From the NCBI GenBank assembly GCA_051313645.2, contig JBNRSN020000005.1, positions 123,008,001-123,072,000 on the forward strand: 64,000 nucleotides of DNA. The letters are read 5' to 3'. Numbering within the stretch: position 1 is the first letter of the stretch; the number at the start of each line of letters is the position of its first letter. This DNA is from Centroscyllium fabricii. Its lineage: Eukaryota. The position numbers were made by a program, and so were the translations under genes. Shown here piece after piece: positions 61,577-64,000 of this stretch. Under the pieces are notes generated by a model. It saw only the letters and a list, made by a program, of their open reading frames with translations. It had not been told where the DNA came from and ran no database searches.

Positions 61577-64000
61577 ATGTCTTCAAGAAACCAAGCTTCT
61601 CGATCACAAGGACTTGGCCAGAACTGCAGGCACAGACTAACTCTACCGGAGTTCTGGGAGCAACGCCCGGCAGCGTGGTTCATGTGTATAGAGACCAGCT
61701 GCCGCACACATGGCATCCAGGGGGATGACTGCTACGACCTGGTCTTCTCAGCTCTACCGCAATCTACGATAGATCGGATGTGGTCGAAGCTTCAGCGCGT
61801 GCCCGCGGCAGGCAGGTATGAGTTCCTCAAGGCCGCGCTACTTAAAAAATTTACCCCCTCCCAATTCGAGCGCGACTGCCAGCTCCTTAACCTCCCCGAA
61901 CTCGGGGACGCAGACCCATCGGAACTTTGGGACCAAATGCAAGCGCTCACCACCGATCCCGCCTCCCTGTTCCGCACCATATTCCTCCTTAAACTACCCC
62001 GCTCCATCAGACCGGCCCTGGCGGCCCTCTGCCACCGGAGCGGGGACGAGCTAGCCGAGGAAGCCGACAGGCTCATGGCGGCCGAGCGCACCTGCTCCAC
62101 CACGTGCGACCTCACTGCCGCAGCAATCGAGCACAACCACTCGCCCCCCAGGTCCAACCCAACGCCTGAACCCAGGCCCCCGCGCCCTCCCAGGCTACCG
62201 CGTCCACCAAGCACCGGCTGGTGCTACTACCACACGCGGTTCGACACTAAAGCGCACCGCTGCGTACAGCCACGGGCCGGCTCAGCCCCCACTATGTCTG
62301 TAGGACACACCGGAGCACTGCTCTACGTCACAGACAGCGGCACAGGCCTCCGGTTCCTCTGCGACACAGGCGCACAGCACAGCATCGTGCCGGCCTCCCC
62401 AGCAGAAGCCAAAAAAGGCACCCGGGGCCCGCCACTCGCAGCGGCCAACGGCTCAGATATTAAAACGTATGGCACCCGCAAGCTCACAATCGAGCTTGCC
62501 GGCCACACGTACCACTGGGAGTTTGTCACGGCCCAGGTCACTTCACCCCTCCTCGGGGCAGATTTCCTCTGCGCCCACGGCCTCCTGGTCGACATGACCC
62601 GGCGCCGCCTGGTCGACATTCACAACATGTCGACCATCCCATGCTCCACAGGGCCCGCACTCCTGGCCCACGCGGCGGCACAATGCCGCGCCCAGAACTC
62701 TGACGCATACGGCACGCTCCTCGCTGAGTTCCCAACCCTTACCAATACCACCTTCACCGCCCGCACGGCCAAACACGGGGTGGAACACTTTATCACCACC
62801 TCCGGCCCTCCCATGCATGCCCACGGCCGCAGACTGGACCCGGCCAAGCTGGAGATTGCGCGCACTGAGTTCCGCACCATGGAACAACTCGGCATAATCC
62901 GCCGCTCCAACAGGCCCTGGGCCTCTCCCCTCCACATCGCTCCCAAGCCGGGCGGAGGCTGGCGCCCCTGCGGCGACTACCGCCACCTCAACAACGCCAC
63001 TACCCCGGATAGGTACCCCGTACCCCACATCCAGGATTTCTCCGCCAGGCTAGCGGGCTGCACGATCTTCTCCAAGATCGACCTGGTGCGTGGCTACCAC
63101 CAGGTCCCGGTGCACCCGGCGGATGTCCCCAAGACAGCCGTAATTACCCCCTTCGGCCTCTTCGAGTTCCTCAGGATGCCCTTTGGACTCAAAAACGCGG
63201 CCCAGGCCTTTCAGCGCCTAATGGACTCGGTCCTACGGGACTTGCAGTTCATTTTTGTCTACTTAGACGACATCCTCGTGGCCAGCGCCTCACCCCAGGA
63301 GCACCTCCTGCACCTCAGGACCCTGTTCCAGCGCCTCACCGAACACGGCCTCATATTAAGCCCCTCCAAATGCAAATTCGGCCTCGAGACCATAGACTTC
63401 CTCGGGCACCGCATTTCCAAAACCGGGGCCATACCCCTGCCCTCCAAGGTGCAGGCAGTTCAGGAATTCCCCCGCCCGCACTCCATTAAGGGCCTGCAGG
63501 AATTCCTCGGGATGGTTAATTTCTATAACCGCTTCATCCCAGGTGCAGCCGCTCTCATGGCTCCCCTATACCAGGCCACACGCGGGCAGTCTGGCAAAAC
63601 TGCGGTCGAGTGGACAGCCGACGCCGCCACCACCTTTACTGCAACCAAAACCGCCCTGGCCAACGCCACCCTCCTAGCCCACCCCAGGCCCAACGCCAGA
63701 GTGGCCCTCACCACTGACGCCTCCGACCACGCTGTCAGGGCCGTTTTCGAACAGTGGACCGGCAACTCTTTGCAGCCCCTAGCCTTTTTCAGCCGGCAAC
63801 TTCGGCCCCCGGAGGTTAAGTACAGCGCCTTCGACAGGGAGCTCCTCGCTCTCTACCTCGCAGTGTGCCATTTTCGCTTCCTCCTGGAGGGCCGTCCCTT
63901 CACAGCTTTCGTCGATCATAAGCCGCTCATTTTTGCAATGGCTAAGATCGCCGAACCCTGGTCGGCCAGGCAGCAGCGCCAACTCGCAGCCGTGTCGGAG
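61577..64000 (+). CDS. gag-pol: Gag-Pol, 3'-incomplete (Gag, PR, RT, RNase H)
   Basis: My translation from ATG 61577 gives [56 protein letters not shown] and [10 protein letters not shown]. It is absent from the ORF track, presumably because there is no stop in the window. Confidence 0.85.
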   Translation, partial: MSSRNQASRSQGLGQNCRHRLTLPEFWEQRPAAWFMCIETSCRTHGIQGDDCYDLVFSALPQSTIDRMWSKLQRVPAAGRYEFLKAALLKKFTPSQFERDCQLLNLPELGDADPSELWDQMQALTTDPASLFRTIFLLKLPRSIRPALAALCHRSGDELAEEADRLMAAERTCSTTCDLTAAAIEHNHSPPRSNPTPEPRPPRPPRLPRPPSTGWCYYHTRFDTKAHRCVQPRAGSAPTMSVGHTGALLYVTDSGTGLRFLCDTGAQHSIVPASPAEAKKGTRGPPLAAANGSDIKTYGTRKLTIELAGHTYHWEFVTAQVTSPLLGADFLCAHGLLVDMTRRRLVDIHNMSTIPCSTGPALLAHAAAQCRAQNSDAYGTLLAEFPTLTNTTFTARTAKHGVEHFITTSGPPMHAHGRRLDPAKLEIARTEFRTMEQLGIIRRSNRPWASPLHIAPKPGGGWRPCGDYRHLNNATTPDRYPVPHIQDFSARLAGCTIFSKIDLVRGYHQVPVHPADVPKTAVITPFGLFEFLRMPFGLKNAAQAFQRLMDSVLRDLQFIFVYLDDILVASASPQEHLLHLRTLFQRLTEHGLILSPSKCKFGLETIDFLGHRISKTGAIPLPSKVQAVQEFPRPHSIKGLQEFLGMVNFYNRFIPGAAALMAPLYQATRGQSGKTAVEWTADAATTFTATKTALANATLLAHPRPNARVALTTDASDHAVRAVFEQWTGNSLQPLAFFSRQLRPPEVKYSAFDRELLALYLAVCHFRFLLEGRPFTAFVDHKPLIFAMAKIAEPWSARQQRQLAAVSE

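Larger units (their letters stand above)
61250..64000 (+). mobile_element. Gypsy element D (CsRn1-like), running off the window
   Basis: 5' LTR 61250-61485 (TG..CA), tRNA-Trp PBS, and an open gag-pol frame. Confidence 0.9.

Overview
This is repeat-dense vertebrate genomic DNA, most likely from a cartilaginous fish. That assignment is inferred from HE1/V-SINE- and SacSINE/Deu-SINE-like elements, CR1/L2 LINEs and Penelope-type ends. I recognise no host protein-coding exon. The window is a stack of nested transposons with a repeat-poor, possibly enhancer-containing stretch at about 39.7-48 kb. It contains four Gypsy LTR elements (one fully intact with identical LTRs and a 5-bp TSD), three solo LTRs, a near full-length CR1, several Harbinger/PIF elements and MITEs, a pogo/Tigger-like MITE, Penelope-derived minimal hammerhead ribozymes, a 5S-derived SINE-like insertion and two minisatellites. 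The most striking signal is in three divergent Gypsy families (at 2.8, 25.2 and 38.6 kb) that have no tRNA primer-binding site. Instead, the 13-15 nt right after the 5' LTR are perfectly complementary to the AATAAA-containing segment of the same LTR, and the two arms co-vary between families. The two copies that retain RT have a YLDN (not YxDD) motif and a hairpin over the PPT. This suggests a tRNA-independent priming and/or poly(A)-signal-occlusion system. Coordinates of degenerate repeats are approximate and were read by eye.
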